DNA of 64,000 nucleotides from Candidatus Latescibacterota bacterium (lineage in GTDB: Bacteria; Latescibacterota; UBA2968). The stretch is from the NCBI GenBank assembly GCA_038279365.1, contig JAYODI010000015.1:10169-74168 (forward strand). Direction: 5' to 3'. Within the stretch, counting starts at the first letter, position 1. Each line of letters begins with the position of its first letter. The position numbers and the translations under genes are program-made. Under the pieces are notes generated by a model. It searched no databases, was not told where the DNA came from, and saw nothing but the letters and a program-made list of their open reading frames with translations. Positions 37,530 through 50,390 of this stretch are shown in pieces.

Positions 37530-40082
37530 ATGAGCGTCGAAATCATGAAACCGCTGAAAGCCTATGCTGTAGAACCCCAAAATGAAATGCCGCCAGAAAT
37601 CTTACCCCTAAATGGCACAGATGTTTGGGGATTGGATGGCGCAGCACGACAAGCACTCGGTTTGTTAACAGCAGGGGAAGGCCCAGGCGAACGCTTGTTT
37701 GCAATGGCCGATTATCTGGTCACATTTTGCACGCCATTTGATCGCAGCCAACCTTTTCCAGACGCACTCTTGCTCAATGGAACCGCGCTGGCACTGTGTG
37801 GATATCTGTGTGAAGGACACCACCCCGAAGCAGAACTGTGGCGCCTCACGGGTGCAGCCCGATTGGCCACTGAAGCACACAACCAACGTGCCGCATTGGA
37901 AATCAAAATGTTGGCCGACTGCATCTTGGCCGTGTGTCAAATGGCCGATGAAAAAAACTTGCCCATTCTCTCTGATCTCATCACCCTGCGCGAACGCATG
38001 TGGGGCCGCTTGCTCGATCACAGCCGTGCAGAACGCATCCATGTTTCTGAATCAGATTTTCCCGCTTACCTGACAAACCCTCTGCCTGTTGAACAGATTG
38101 GGTCACACATGCGCAATCGCGCCTGGCAAGAACGTGCTCGATTCCCTGAATATTTGCAAGAATACGACTTGGAAGACGCCGATCGAACGTGTGAAAACTT
38201 ACTCACCCTCCGTGCGCACATGCTCGTCAGACACCAATTTGGCTCAGACATCGATTGGCATTTGCGATTGTTTGACGACAAAGAATCGACCGTAAGCTTA
38301 GGTGGCATGCGTTTTCTCCAATATTTAGTCGGTGCCCATATCAAAACGGGAAAAGACAAATATGCCGAACACGCCGCACGCATCTTGTGGTCATTCTACA
38401 ATGGCTCACCCATTCCAAATCATCGACAATTGGTTGGCCCGTGGCGCACCTTAGAAGTGGGCAGCAGACAGTGGCGGGTGTGGTTGGATGTGGTTGGATA
38501 TTTGGGTAAAACCGATGCCTTTGATGATGCCACGCATGCCATGATCGCTCGGTCTCGGCTTGAACACATGCGATATGCACTGGCTTATTGTGGCGGGCCA
38601 AACAATTGGTATCAGGTGGAAGCCTCTGGGTTGGCTGTCACATCCATGTGTCTACCCGAAGTTCGGTTATCCGATGCCTATTTGCGAATAGCGCTTCGAC
38701 GGCTCAAATGGATCAACAGCTTTGCATATTACAACGACGGCTTTCAGTTTGAACTAAGTCACGGATACCATCTGTTTCCCACATCAGGCATCTTGTCTGT
38801 TGTCCATGTGGCAAATGCACGTGGCGTAGCATTGCCAGATGACTTTGTGAACCTCGTAGAAAAAGCACACGAGATGTATCTCTATGCCGGACTGCCCAAT
38901 CGAATGCTCCCCACATTCAACGATTGCAGTGCCGTAATCATCGACCCCACACCACTTCTGCGCGTTGCGGCTGAAACATTTGACCGCAGCGACCTGCTCT
39001 GGGGGGGTACCAAAGGCGCGTCGGGAACACACCCCGATCACACATCGCATGCATGGCCAGATGCAGGCCTATATTTAATGCGAAGCACTTGGCAAGAAGA
39101 CGCACAGTATTTGCATTTTGATGGTGCGCCTTGGGGTGCAGCACATCAACACGAAGACAAACTCAATTTTGTATTGTATGCCAATGGCCGCCCTCTCATC
39201 AACGACCCCAATATTTATGCCTATTCTGCCACAGAATTGACTCATTATTTTAAATCTTCACGATCCCACAATGTGGTCATGGTTGATGGGCGTGGGCAAG
39301 CACGCCGGTTCCGCCCCGAAGCCCGATTGACCACCAAAGGACGAAACGAATGGGTCAGCTCCGACACTTTCGATTTTGTCAGCAGTGAATATCTCGAAGG
39401 ATTTGCACCCGATCCTTATCCAGATCGAGGCCAAGCCAATGACATAGATTTAAGTATCACACATCGACGAGCGATCTTCTACATCAAAGGAGCCTATTGG
39501 GTTTTGTGCGATATCATTCATGGCGATGGCATCCATCAATTGGAACAGCTGTTTCACATTGCCCCCCTGCAAACAGGAGATGAAAAAGAACCTTTCCGTG
39601 CAGGTAACGTTGATATATCACCAGAAGCCATTGTCACACGTGATGCGGGCTTGGGTAACTTGGCTATTTTACCCGTAGATACAGACAGTGTCACAGTGCG
39701 CAAACAAAAAGGGGAAACATCTCCCGCAGTGGGGTGGCACGGTGTGTTGGGTGAATATCCGGCCTGGGATATCACACTTGAAACGCACCAAACATTACCC
39801 GCAAGATTGGATGCCGTGTTGTTTCCACTAACAGCAGATGAAACCAAATATCCCAAAGTAGAACGGTTGGTTTCAGACGTGAACACAACAGCATTTCGCA
39901 TTTCTGGTCCAGATTTTGAAGACACGTTTATTCTGTGCGAAGAAGGTACAGGCCCCGTGACTGTAGGAGACATTGTGTTTGAAGGGCGCGCACTGATGCT
40001 GCGTCATCATCCAGAGCACAAGATCATGTCAGTAGATGGAAAATCGATTGTGGTAGACGGTAACGAATTACCACTCTCCTGA
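37530..40082 (+). CDS. Heparinase II/III family lyase
   Basis: WRTLEVG, NNWYQVE, DGFQFELSHGYH, HQHEDKLNF, SRSHNVVMVDG; GAGGAG RBS before ATG 37530. Confidence 0.85.
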   Translation: MSVEIMKPLKAYAVEPQNEMPPEILPLNGTDVWGLDGAARQALGLLTAGEGPGERLFAMADYLVTFCTPFDRSQPFPDALLLNGTALALCGYLCEGHHPEAELWRLTGAARLATEAHNQRAALEIKMLADCILAVCQMADEKNLPILSDLITLRERMWGRLLDHSRAERIHVSESDFPAYLTNPLPVEQIGSHMRNRAWQERARFPEYLQEYDLEDADRTCENLLTLRAHMLVRHQFGSDIDWHLRLFDDKESTVSLGGMRFLQYLVGAHIKTGKDKYAEHAARILWSFYNGSPIPNHRQLVGPWRTLEVGSRQWRVWLDVVGYLGKTDAFDDATHAMIARSRLEHMRYALAYCGGPNNWYQVEASGLAVTSMCLPEVRLSDAYLRIALRRLKWINSFAYYNDGFQFELSHGYHLFPTSGILSVVHVANARGVALPDDFVNLVEKAHEMYLYAGLPNRMLPTFNDCSAVIIDPTPLLRVAAETFDRSDLLWGGTKGASGTHPDHTSHAWPDAGLYLMRSTWQEDAQYLHFDGAPWGAAHQHEDKLNFVLYANGRPLINDPNIYAYSATELTHYFKSSRSHNVVMVDGRGQARRFRPEARLTTKGRNEWVSSDTFDFVSSEYLEGFAPDPYPDRGQANDIDLSITHRRAIFYIKGAYWVLCDIIHGDGIHQLEQLFHIAPLQTGDEKEPFRAGNVDISPEAIVTRDAGLGNLAILPVDTDSVTVRKQKGETSPAVGWHGVLGEYPAWDITLETHQTLPARLDAVLFPLTADETKYPKVERLVSDVNTTAFRISGPDFEDTFILCEEGTGPVTVGDIVFEGRALMLRHHPEHKIMSVDGKSIVVDGNELPLS

Positions 40083-40111
40083 CAGATTATCTCAAGTATC
40101 CTTAGAAAGGT

Positions 40112-41476
40112 ATGTCCATGCAACCCAACATCATCCTCATCAACTGCGACGACCTCGGTTATGGCGATCTCGGCTGTTACGGTTCCACCGTCAACAAAAC
40201 ACCTGCGCTCGACAAAATGGCCGAAGAAGGCATGCGCTTCACCGACTTTTACATGGCTTCCCCTGTCTGCTCACCCTCACGTGGGGCCATGCTCACAGGG
40301 TGTTACCCACCCCGCATTGGTTTCGGTTCTTTCGATGGGCGTTGGGTGCTCTTTCCCGGTCAGGGCCTTGGCCTCAACCCCGAAGAAATCACCATTGCCC
40401 GCCTGCTCAAAGACCAAGGTTATGCCACCAAAATTGTGGGCAAATGGCATTGTGGCGATCAAAAAGAATTTTTACCCACACGCCACGGCTTCGACAGTTA
40501 CTATGGCATTCCCTACAGCAACGACATGGGCCGCCAACGCGAAGATGACAAATATCCACCCCTTCCACTTTTACGTGATGAAGACGTCATTCAAGCCCAA
40601 CCCGACCAAACGAGTATTACCGAACGCTACGTTGAAGAATCTGTCCGTTTCATCCGCGACAACAAAGAGAAACCCTTCTTCCTCTACTTTGCCCACATGC
40701 ACGTGCACCTTCCTCACTACCCACCCCAGCGTTTTATGCCCGACTCTCAAAATGGCGTTTATGGTGCCGCCGTCGCCTGCATCGACTGGGCCACCGACGT
40801 CCTCCTTCACGAACTCAAAGACCTGGGCCTTGCCGACAACACCCTCGTCATCTTTACCAGCGACAATGGCTCACGCGCCCGCGACGAAGGTGGCAGCAAC
40901 GCGCCCTTGCGCGCCACCAAAGGCACCACCTGGGAAGGCGGACAACGTGTACCGTGCATCATGCGTTGGCCCGGCAAAATTCCCGCCGGTCAAACCAACA
41001 GCGAACTCACGCTCTCTATGGACTTCTATCCCACCTTCGCCCAAATAGGCGGTGCATCCATCCCCACAGATCGCATCATCGACGGCAACGACATTCGCCC
41101 GCTCATGTTTGCCGAACCCAATGCAAAATCACAACACGACGCCTTCTTCTATTACAAACGCAAAACCATTGAAGCCGTGCGAAGTGGCCAATGGAAACTC
41201 CATATTCGCAAAGACGATCAGGAAATTCAAGAACTCTACGACCTTGAAAACGACATTGGCGAAACACAAAACGTCTATGACCAACATCCCAACATTGTAA
41301 AAGACCTCATGGCCAAAATCGACGCCTGTCGTCAAGACATCGGCGACGAAGCTGTTGGCATCGAAGGCCAAAACATCCGTCCCGTGGGTCGCGTCGAAAA
41401 CCCCGATACACTCACACACTACGACCCCGATCACCCCTACTTCATCGCCATGTATGACCTTCCACAACGCGGATAA
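40112..41476 (+). CDS. Cys-type arylsulfatase (S1)
   Basis: DDLGYGD, CSPSRGAMLTG, GKWH, SDNG; start may be 40118. Confidence 0.95.
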   Translation: MSMQPNIILINCDDLGYGDLGCYGSTVNKTPALDKMAEEGMRFTDFYMASPVCSPSRGAMLTGCYPPRIGFGSFDGRWVLFPGQGLGLNPEEITIARLLKDQGYATKIVGKWHCGDQKEFLPTRHGFDSYYGIPYSNDMGRQREDDKYPPLPLLRDEDVIQAQPDQTSITERYVEESVRFIRDNKEKPFFLYFAHMHVHLPHYPPQRFMPDSQNGVYGAAVACIDWATDVLLHELKDLGLADNTLVIFTSDNGSRARDEGGSNAPLRATKGTTWEGGQRVPCIMRWPGKIPAGQTNSELTLSMDFYPTFAQIGGASIPTDRIIDGNDIRPLMFAEPNAKSQHDAFFYYKRKTIEAVRSGQWKLHIRKDDQEIQELYDLENDIGETQNVYDQHPNIVKDLMAKIDACRQDIGDEAVGIEGQNIRPVGRVENPDTLTHYDPDHPYFIAMYDLPQRG

Positions 41477-41479
41477 ATC

Positions 41480-42913
41480 ATGACACCCAACATCATCTTC
41501 ATTCTCGCCGACGACATGGGATATGGCGATATGAGTTGCCAAAACCCCGACTCAAAAATTCCCACACCCAATTTAGATCGCCTTGCCGAACAAGGCCGCC
41601 GCTTCACCGATGCCCACGCACCTTCCAGCGTGTGCACCCCCTCGCGATACGCCATTCTCACCGGGCGTTATGCCTGGCGCACCCGTCTTAAAGGCGGCGT
41701 ACTCTGGCCCTGGGATTCGGCCCTCATCGAACCCGAACGCAAAACCGTTGCCGATCTCTTAAAAGATCAGGGTTATCGCACCGCATGCATTGGCAAATGG
41801 CATTTGGGTTGGAACTGGCAAAGCAAAGATGGACGCCCTGCCGATGAAGGCACTGAATACGGTGTCATTCAAAAAGAAATTCGCCACAAACTCTGCAACA
41901 ACATCGACTTCACCAAACCCATGTCAGGCGGCCCCATCGACAATGGCTTTGAAACGTACTTTGGTGATGATGTGCCCAACTTTCCCCCCTATGCTTGGTT
42001 TGAACAAAACCGCATTGTTACCCAACCCACCAAAGAAAAACCCGACACCATGTTTGGCCTATCTGGCCCTATGGCACCGGGTTGGAAACTCGAAAATGTG
42101 ATGCCCACACTCACCCAGCGTGCGGTGGAATACATTCACAATACAGACAACACACCCTTTTTTCTCTACTTCCCACTTACCGCACCACATACACCCATCG
42201 TACCGACTGATGAATACAAAGGCAAAAGTCAGGCGGGGGATTATGGCGACTATGTTTGCCAGGTAGATGGCACCGTGGGCGAAATGATGAATGCCCTTGA
42301 AGAAAAAGGCATTGCCAACAACACACTGCTCATTTTCACCAGCGACAATGGCCCCGAAAACTTTGCTTACAAAGCCATTCAAGAGTATGGCCATTACAGC
42401 ATGGATGGTCTGCGTGGCCTCAAACGCGACACCTGGGAAGGCGGTCACCGCGTGCCCTTCATCGCCCGCTGGCCCAATCACATTCCTGCCAACACCCTCA
42501 ACCATGAAACCATCTGTCTCGCCGACTTCATGGCAACAGCAGCAGCCATCACAAACACATCGCTACCCGATGAAATGGGCGAAGACAGCTACAACATCTT
42601 ACCCGCACTACGCGGTGATGAATATTCCTCACCCCTTCGCGAAGCCACTGTGCATCACAGCATACGTGGCAAATTTGCCATTCGCAAAGGCCATCACGTT
42701 TTCATAGATGCACCCAGTGGCGACGACAACACCGAACCCGACTGGTTCAAACAAGAACGCGGTTATGAACCTCATGATCATCCCGGCGAACTCTATGACC
42801 TCTCGCAAGACCGCATCGAGCGCCACAATCTTTACGCTCAATATCCCGAAATAGTTGACGAACTCAAAACTCTTTTAGAACGCTATAAATCCTCAGGAAG
42901 ATCCAGGCCCTAA
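41480..42913 (+). CDS. Cys-type arylsulfatase (S1)
   Basis: DDMGYGD, CTPSRYAILTG, GKWHLG, WEGGHRVP. Confidence 0.95.
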   Translation: MTPNIIFILADDMGYGDMSCQNPDSKIPTPNLDRLAEQGRRFTDAHAPSSVCTPSRYAILTGRYAWRTRLKGGVLWPWDSALIEPERKTVADLLKDQGYRTACIGKWHLGWNWQSKDGRPADEGTEYGVIQKEIRHKLCNNIDFTKPMSGGPIDNGFETYFGDDVPNFPPYAWFEQNRIVTQPTKEKPDTMFGLSGPMAPGWKLENVMPTLTQRAVEYIHNTDNTPFFLYFPLTAPHTPIVPTDEYKGKSQAGDYGDYVCQVDGTVGEMMNALEEKGIANNTLLIFTSDNGPENFAYKAIQEYGHYSMDGLRGLKRDTWEGGHRVPFIARWPNHIPANTLNHETICLADFMATAAAITNTSLPDEMGEDSYNILPALRGDEYSSPLREATVHHSIRGKFAIRKGHHVFIDAPSGDDNTEPDWFKQERGYEPHDHPGELYDLSQDRIERHNLYAQYPEIVDELKTLLERYKSSGRSRP

Positions 42914-42914
42914 C

Positions 42915-44393
42915 ATGTCGCAACCCAATCTTATCTATCTCTTCGCAGATCAACTCCGCTACTTCTCCTGTGGATTTGCGGGCGATCCTTGGGCACAAAC
43001 ACCCAACATGGATCGGCTTGCTACACAAAGCCTCAACTGCACCAACACCACAGCCTGCACACCCGTGTGCGCCGCCTATCGCGCATCACTCTTCACAGGC
43101 AAATTTCAAAGCAGCCACGGCATGGTCATCAATGAACTACGCCTCAGTCCCGATCACGAATGTTTTGGCCACGTACTCACCCGTGCAAATTACAACACCG
43201 CATACATTGGCAAATGGCACTTATGGGCCAATCAGCTTGGTCACCACAACAAAATCGGCAATGCCTTCACACCACCAGGGCCTTATCGGCTCGGGTTTGA
43301 TGGCTACTGGGCAGGTTACAATTTTAGTCACAATTCTTACGGCGCAGTCTATTTTGAAGACACGTGCGACCCGATCCCCTACAAAGGATATGAAGCCGAT
43401 GCCCAAACCGACCTCGCCATCAACTATCTTCAAAATGCACACCAACAAGAAAACCCATTTGCCCTTTTTCTCTCCTGGGGTCCGCCGCATGATCCTTGGG
43501 ACACCAGCAACGTACCCGAAGGTTATGGGGAACACTTTCAAGGTCTTGACATTCAACCACGACCAAACTTCTTATCTCAGCAAGACCCTTATGCCGACAA
43601 CTGGGCAACCATGAACGACGCCTACCGCAACAACCTTCAAAACAACATGCGCGGTTATTATGCACAAGTTGCCAACATCGATTGGAACTTAGGCCGTATT
43701 ATGGACGAGGTTGAAAAACTTGGCATAGCAGACAATACCTATTTTGTCTTTACCTCTGATCATGGCGAAATGTGGGGCTCACAAGGTCGTCGTGCCAAAA
43801 ATATCTTCTACGACGAAGCATGTCGTGTGCCCTTTCTTATTCGCCATCCCAATCTGCCCACAAACAGCACCAGCGACGTATGCCTTAACACCACAGACCT
43901 GATGCCCACCTTGTTATCTCTGCTCAATTTACCCGTTCCAAAAACCGCCGAAGGCACAGACCTCAGTCGCGTCTTAAAAGGCGAAACATCAACGCCCGAT
44001 CACACAGCCTTTATGCAAGGCATGGGCACCACCGCCGCCTGGAAAGATGGCCACGAATGGCGCGCGCTGCGCGATCAGCAATACACATACGCAACCTATC
44101 TTGTTGATGGCAAAGAACTGCTCTTTGACAACCTGAACGACCCCTATCAAATGAACAATCTCATTAATGATCCTGCCCATTCTGCAAAATGCAAACATTA
44201 TCGCACCCAACTTCAAAACTGGATGAAAACACAAAACGACACCTTCGAACCATGCACGTGGTATGAAGACCAATGGACGCACGACCGCAACATCATGCGT
44301 GGTGCCAAAGGTGGATCACACGACCTGAACCTCTTACAAGAAATCATTCACCAACACTTTCCAGATGATGCTTGGGATCGCCTGGCCAAATAG
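42915..44393 (+). CDS. Cys-type sulfatase with CxAxR motif
   Basis: ADQLR, CAAYRASLFTG, GKWH, PPHDP, SDHGE. Confidence 0.9.
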   Translation: MSQPNLIYLFADQLRYFSCGFAGDPWAQTPNMDRLATQSLNCTNTTACTPVCAAYRASLFTGKFQSSHGMVINELRLSPDHECFGHVLTRANYNTAYIGKWHLWANQLGHHNKIGNAFTPPGPYRLGFDGYWAGYNFSHNSYGAVYFEDTCDPIPYKGYEADAQTDLAINYLQNAHQQENPFALFLSWGPPHDPWDTSNVPEGYGEHFQGLDIQPRPNFLSQQDPYADNWATMNDAYRNNLQNNMRGYYAQVANIDWNLGRIMDEVEKLGIADNTYFVFTSDHGEMWGSQGRRAKNIFYDEACRVPFLIRHPNLPTNSTSDVCLNTTDLMPTLLSLLNLPVPKTAEGTDLSRVLKGETSTPDHTAFMQGMGTTAAWKDGHEWRALRDQQYTYATYLVDGKELLFDNLNDPYQMNNLINDPAHSAKCKHYRTQLQNWMKTQNDTFEPCTWYEDQWTHDRNIMRGAKGGSHDLNLLQEIIHQHFPDDAWDRLAK

Positions 44394-44394
44394 A

Positions 44395-44540
44395 ACAAGC
44401 GTGTTCTGGTCAGAAACACGCTTGTTTTAATTACAGTGACAGAAATCATCTTTAGGGAATTTTGAAATATATCCTTTCTAAGATTCAAAAATCATTTAAA
44501 CACAAACAGGGATTGTGTCAGCGAGACACAATCCCTGTTT
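44395..44540. terminator. Two hairpin terminators between convergent genes
   Basis: aacaagcgtgtt...aacacgcttgtt (44395-44427) and aaacagggattgtgtc...gacacaatccctgttt (44504-44540). Confidence 0.75.
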
Positions 44541-44574
44541 TGCAATCACTTCTTAATTTACGCGAAGAATCGCT

Positions 44575-46803
<2,229 letters not shown>

Positions 46804-46896
46804 CTAATTTAGGGCAAAAATGCCAGGTCTAAAGAGGATAGGGGATTGACGCGCAAAAATGGAAATGCGCAAATCACAATCAGATTTGCGCACATG

Positions 46897-46926
46897 ATTA
46901 TACCAGAATGCAGTAAGGGAAGTCAA
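46897..46926 (-). promoter_or_regulatory. Putative sigma70 promoter of icd
   Basis: Minus strand TTGACT-18 nt-TATAAT with extended TGn. Confidence 0.6.
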
Positions 46927-47018
46927 GCAGATAAATTCCTTTGCCTTATAATAAAACAACCGCAACTCAAGTACATCTGATTTATTTTGGTTTTTATGCT
47001 CAAAATAAAAACGACCGC

Positions 47019-49019
47019 TTAAAATGTTTTACGGTACGTGCCAAAGGTCGTCTCTTCAATCAACACCTTTCCATCTTGCATCAATGTCATGCCATGATGA
47101 ACAAACGCCTGTGAAAGCACCCCTTTTTTACTGCGAATCAGGGCAAGTGCCGCATCACTATTCAAAGAACCACATTGATCAATCTGACGGTGTAACCCAG
47201 GTGTGCAGGCCACCACATCTTCTTCACCATCTGCCCACATCAAGCGAAAACCAAAGGCATGCCCCCCCTCTAAAGATTCAACTTCAAACTGCGGAGGTGT
47301 ATCGCCAGAAAATGGCAAAAGCAAGCTACACAGGTTAACCGTGCGCCCCGCTTGGCCTTCTATGGCAAAAAGAGGTGCCGGGTGATAATTGCGTTTTTCA
47401 TCGGGCAGCCATCCCCGCAAAGGATCTTTTTGCCCCTCATAGATGCAACAGGTCAGGTTTTGTGGGCCACTTAAGTTTTGAACCAGAATATTGGAATCAG
47501 CGCCTTGTGTCCAGGCACGTTTGTTTTGGGCATCCAGCACATGCCCACCCACAGGAAATTGCCAATGGGCACCAAATGGTTGGCCATTGCCATCGGTATG
47601 CAACGTATCAAAAACCAGCACACCCCGTTCTTTGAGCCAAACCAAAATGCGTTGATGCCGACCAAAAACGCCCACACCTTTGCCCTGTGACCACCCCCAG
47701 GTGTAGGTGCCCGGATAATAGCCGCCTTCATAAGCGGCAGCAAAAACAGCCACCTGATCATCCATATAATTGCTCATCAACACCGGATCGGCTTCCGTTT
47801 GACTCAACCCACCCACATGAATGGTATTGTGTGCAGGTGTGGTTTTGCCATGGGGGGCGTATGGATCGCTCATTTCATAAGAAAAAATACCCGGATCACA
47901 CAACAGCATACGACCCCGCGCATACAGATTCACACTCAAACGCGAAAGATGGCAATGCCCGCCCCCCCAGCGCGTGGCATCAAAAATGATATAGGTCGCA
48001 TCTTTATCCCAACCATCTCGCAAAAAAAGCTGGCCTGCACTTTCAAAATAACGCGACGGTTGGGCCATCAAATCCCTATTCGGATCATCTGCCAAACCGG
48101 CATCTTCAAGAAACTGTTGTCGCTTTTCAATAGCAGCAATTTTACCAGGCCCAGGCGTCCACACACCGCCATCGTGAATCCCACAACTGCCCCCATCAGG
48201 TGCCGTTGCATAAACCATATAATCCCACATACGGGCTGCGCGTTCTGTGTCAATATGCAAACCCAGGTCTGGACGTGCCTGACTCAAATACCACAACCGC
48301 GTATACAAATTGCACATCCAGCTGTGATAACTGCTGGGGTTGTGTTCTTCATGAGAACCATCGTCGTGAATTTGTCTGTAAAATGCTTCATTCAAATGCC
48401 GCACAGCAAAAGGTACATGGTGCGCCAAATCGGGCACAACCAACCCACAAAACAACAAACAATCCAAATGGCTGATGCGCCAATTGCCCACAGGTGCCAG
48501 ATGACTTTCAAGACAGGCCAATTGCCCCTTAGATGATTCAATCATACGGGCAATCAAAGCATCGTCATAATGCCCACTCTTAGCAAAACTTGCCACAGTG
48601 CCCCACCAACCAGGTTGGGTACCCTGCCCCAAACGAATCGAAATATTCAGCGTATTGTCGCCTTTTGCAGGAGGGGTGTCTGCTGAATAATCGTGTTGAT
48701 CAATCCAATCTTCAATCGTCGTTCTTGCAATTTCAGGCAGTGCTTCATCTTGTGTTTCATCATAAACAGCAGCCAAATGCTGAAGCCAAAAAAACCGATT
48801 CAACTGCGCTGGCCATTCCTGATGATGCACATGAGCACCTGTCCAATCAATATTTCGAATACCTGTTTCCACTTCTTGATGCCCATAAAAAAGAATAATG
48901 CCCTTTTTTAAAGCCTCCGCCCAACGTTGTGATGTCTCCGAATTGGTAGCAGGTTGCAAGTGGGTGTCTGCAAGTAAGGCATGATAATTTTGTGTGATGG
49001 TTTCAATAAGCGTTGCCAT
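47019..49019 (-). CDS. Heparinase II/III family lyase
   Basis: QLNRFFW, GNWRISH, DGSHEEHNPSSYH, GHCHLSRLS, DPG, AHNTI. Confidence 0.85.
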   Translation of the reverse strand: MATLIETITQNYHALLADTHLQPATNSETSQRWAEALKKGIILFYGHQEVETGIRNIDWTGAHVHHQEWPAQLNRFFWLQHLAAVYDETQDEALPEIARTTIEDWIDQHDYSADTPPAKGDNTLNISIRLGQGTQPGWWGTVASFAKSGHYDDALIARMIESSKGQLACLESHLAPVGNWRISHLDCLLFCGLVVPDLAHHVPFAVRHLNEAFYRQIHDDGSHEEHNPSSYHSWMCNLYTRLWYLSQARPDLGLHIDTERAARMWDYMVYATAPDGGSCGIHDGGVWTPGPGKIAAIEKRQQFLEDAGLADDPNRDLMAQPSRYFESAGQLFLRDGWDKDATYIIFDATRWGGGHCHLSRLSVNLYARGRMLLCDPGIFSYEMSDPYAPHGKTTPAHNTIHVGGLSQTEADPVLMSNYMDDQVAVFAAAYEGGYYPGTYTWGWSQGKGVGVFGRHQRILVWLKERGVLVFDTLHTDGNGQPFGAHWQFPVGGHVLDAQNKRAWTQGADSNILVQNLSGPQNLTCCIYEGQKDPLRGWLPDEKRNYHPAPLFAIEGQAGRTVNLCSLLLPFSGDTPPQFEVESLEGGHAFGFRLMWADGEEDVVACTPGLHRQIDQCGSLNSDAALALIRSKKGVLSQAFVHHGMTLMQDGKVLIEETTFGTYRKTF

Positions 49020-49079
49020 AAAAACAGCTCCATAAATCAAATGAAAAGATTTTCGCGGTCCATAAAATTCAGCCGCAGA

Positions 49080-50282
49080 TCAATGCGCGTTTTTGGGATC
49101 TCCATTGACACCCCCATCAGATTGAGATGCCAAAATCTCGGGTGCCAAATCACCAATTGAAGCATCCAAACCTTCCATATCACCAGACACCACCCGTCCA
49201 GCAGATGCAGGTAAAGGCGTATCAAATTGATAGGTCGGATCAATTTTTTGCTGGCGCCAAATGGCGCGCATTTCGCGCCAAGCGCCTATTAAGGTGCGCG
49301 GTTTGGGCATATCACTGGCAATCTCTTGATGCAATTTCTTCAAACGATAACACGGCACACCCGCATACATATGATGTTCTGTATGCCAGTTCATGCGCCA
49401 ATACAAAAACGTCGAAAGCGGATCCAATGTAATGGTGCGCACACATTGCCGAAAATCGGGCACATTGTCGCGCAACCCACAATGCATGGGCACCGCCACG
49501 ATATAGCGCCAGAAGTTGGCCATGAAAAACGAAAACGTTGTTAAGACCGGCAACAGCCAGAAATTCAGCAACCCGCCCAGAACAATCATCCCCCCATGAA
49601 ACAACAATATCAAACGCGACCAGTGAATGGCCTTTTTGCGCTCCTCAGGGCAATCGGCATACAACGCCTCCATCCACTCTTCACCAAACACGCTCGATGT
49701 TTGTGCCTCATTCACCGCATCAGCACCAGGAAAAATGCCGAGTGCCGTCATCACATGCTTTTTCAAAATAGGAATCAGCCCGTGAGACTCAAATCCCCCT
49801 GTCACATTAAAAGTCAACAACTGCAACAGATAAAACACATTCAAAGACGGATTTTTGGGAAGCGTCACCTCCCGATCACCCTCAGGGTGCAAGGTATACC
49901 GATGATGATAGGTATGACTCATGGCATAATCGTGAAAATTGTGCCAGGCCAATAAGCTATACACACGCAAAAAAAACTTATTTAACCACTTGGTTCGAAA
50001 CACCGTGCCATGGCCCAACTCATGCACAGCCAACCCCAAAAACGACGTCACTGTGCCATGAGCAAACAAGGCACAGGCAAAACCGATCCACTGCTGTTGC
50101 ACAAACAAATATGCCGCCAAAACACCTGTGCCAGCAAACAAAACCAAATGCCCCAAGGTTTGAAACCATCCCTGTAAATCACTGCGCCGACTCAATGCGC
50201 GCAACTGAGCACCGGGAATGGGGCACCGATACCATTCAACACGCAATGTATCGCGCACTTTTGCCAAGGGTTTATATGCCAT
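49080..50282 (-). CDS. Fatty acid desaturase family membrane di-iron enzyme
   Basis: His boxes HELGH, HTYHH, HTEHH plus TM segments. Confidence 0.9.
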   Translation of the reverse strand: MAYKPLAKVRDTLRVEWYRCPIPGAQLRALSRRSDLQGWFQTLGHLVLFAGTGVLAAYLFVQQQWIGFACALFAHGTVTSFLGLAVHELGHGTVFRTKWLNKFFLRVYSLLAWHNFHDYAMSHTYHHRYTLHPEGDREVTLPKNPSLNVFYLLQLLTFNVTGGFESHGLIPILKKHVMTALGIFPGADAVNEAQTSSVFGEEWMEALYADCPEERKKAIHWSRLILLFHGGMIVLGGLLNFWLLPVLTTFSFFMANFWRYIVAVPMHCGLRDNVPDFRQCVRTITLDPLSTFLYWRMNWHTEHHMYAGVPCYRLKKLHQEIASDMPKPRTLIGAWREMRAIWRQQKIDPTYQFDTPLPASAGRVVSGDMEGLDASIGDLAPEILASQSDGGVNGDPKNAH

Positions 50283-50306
50283 AACAGCCTCCTGTTACAA
50301 TAAGTT

Positions 50307-50333
50307 AAGGGCAGGCACAAGGCCTGCCCCAAC
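50307..50333. repeat. REP-like palindrome
   Basis: Minus strand GTTG-GGGCAGGC-CTTGT-GCCTGCCC. Confidence 0.5.
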
Positions 50334-50390
50334 AAAAGAACAGATCAGCAAAAAGATCTAAAAACAGAACGCAGGTGCAAAACCACAAGC

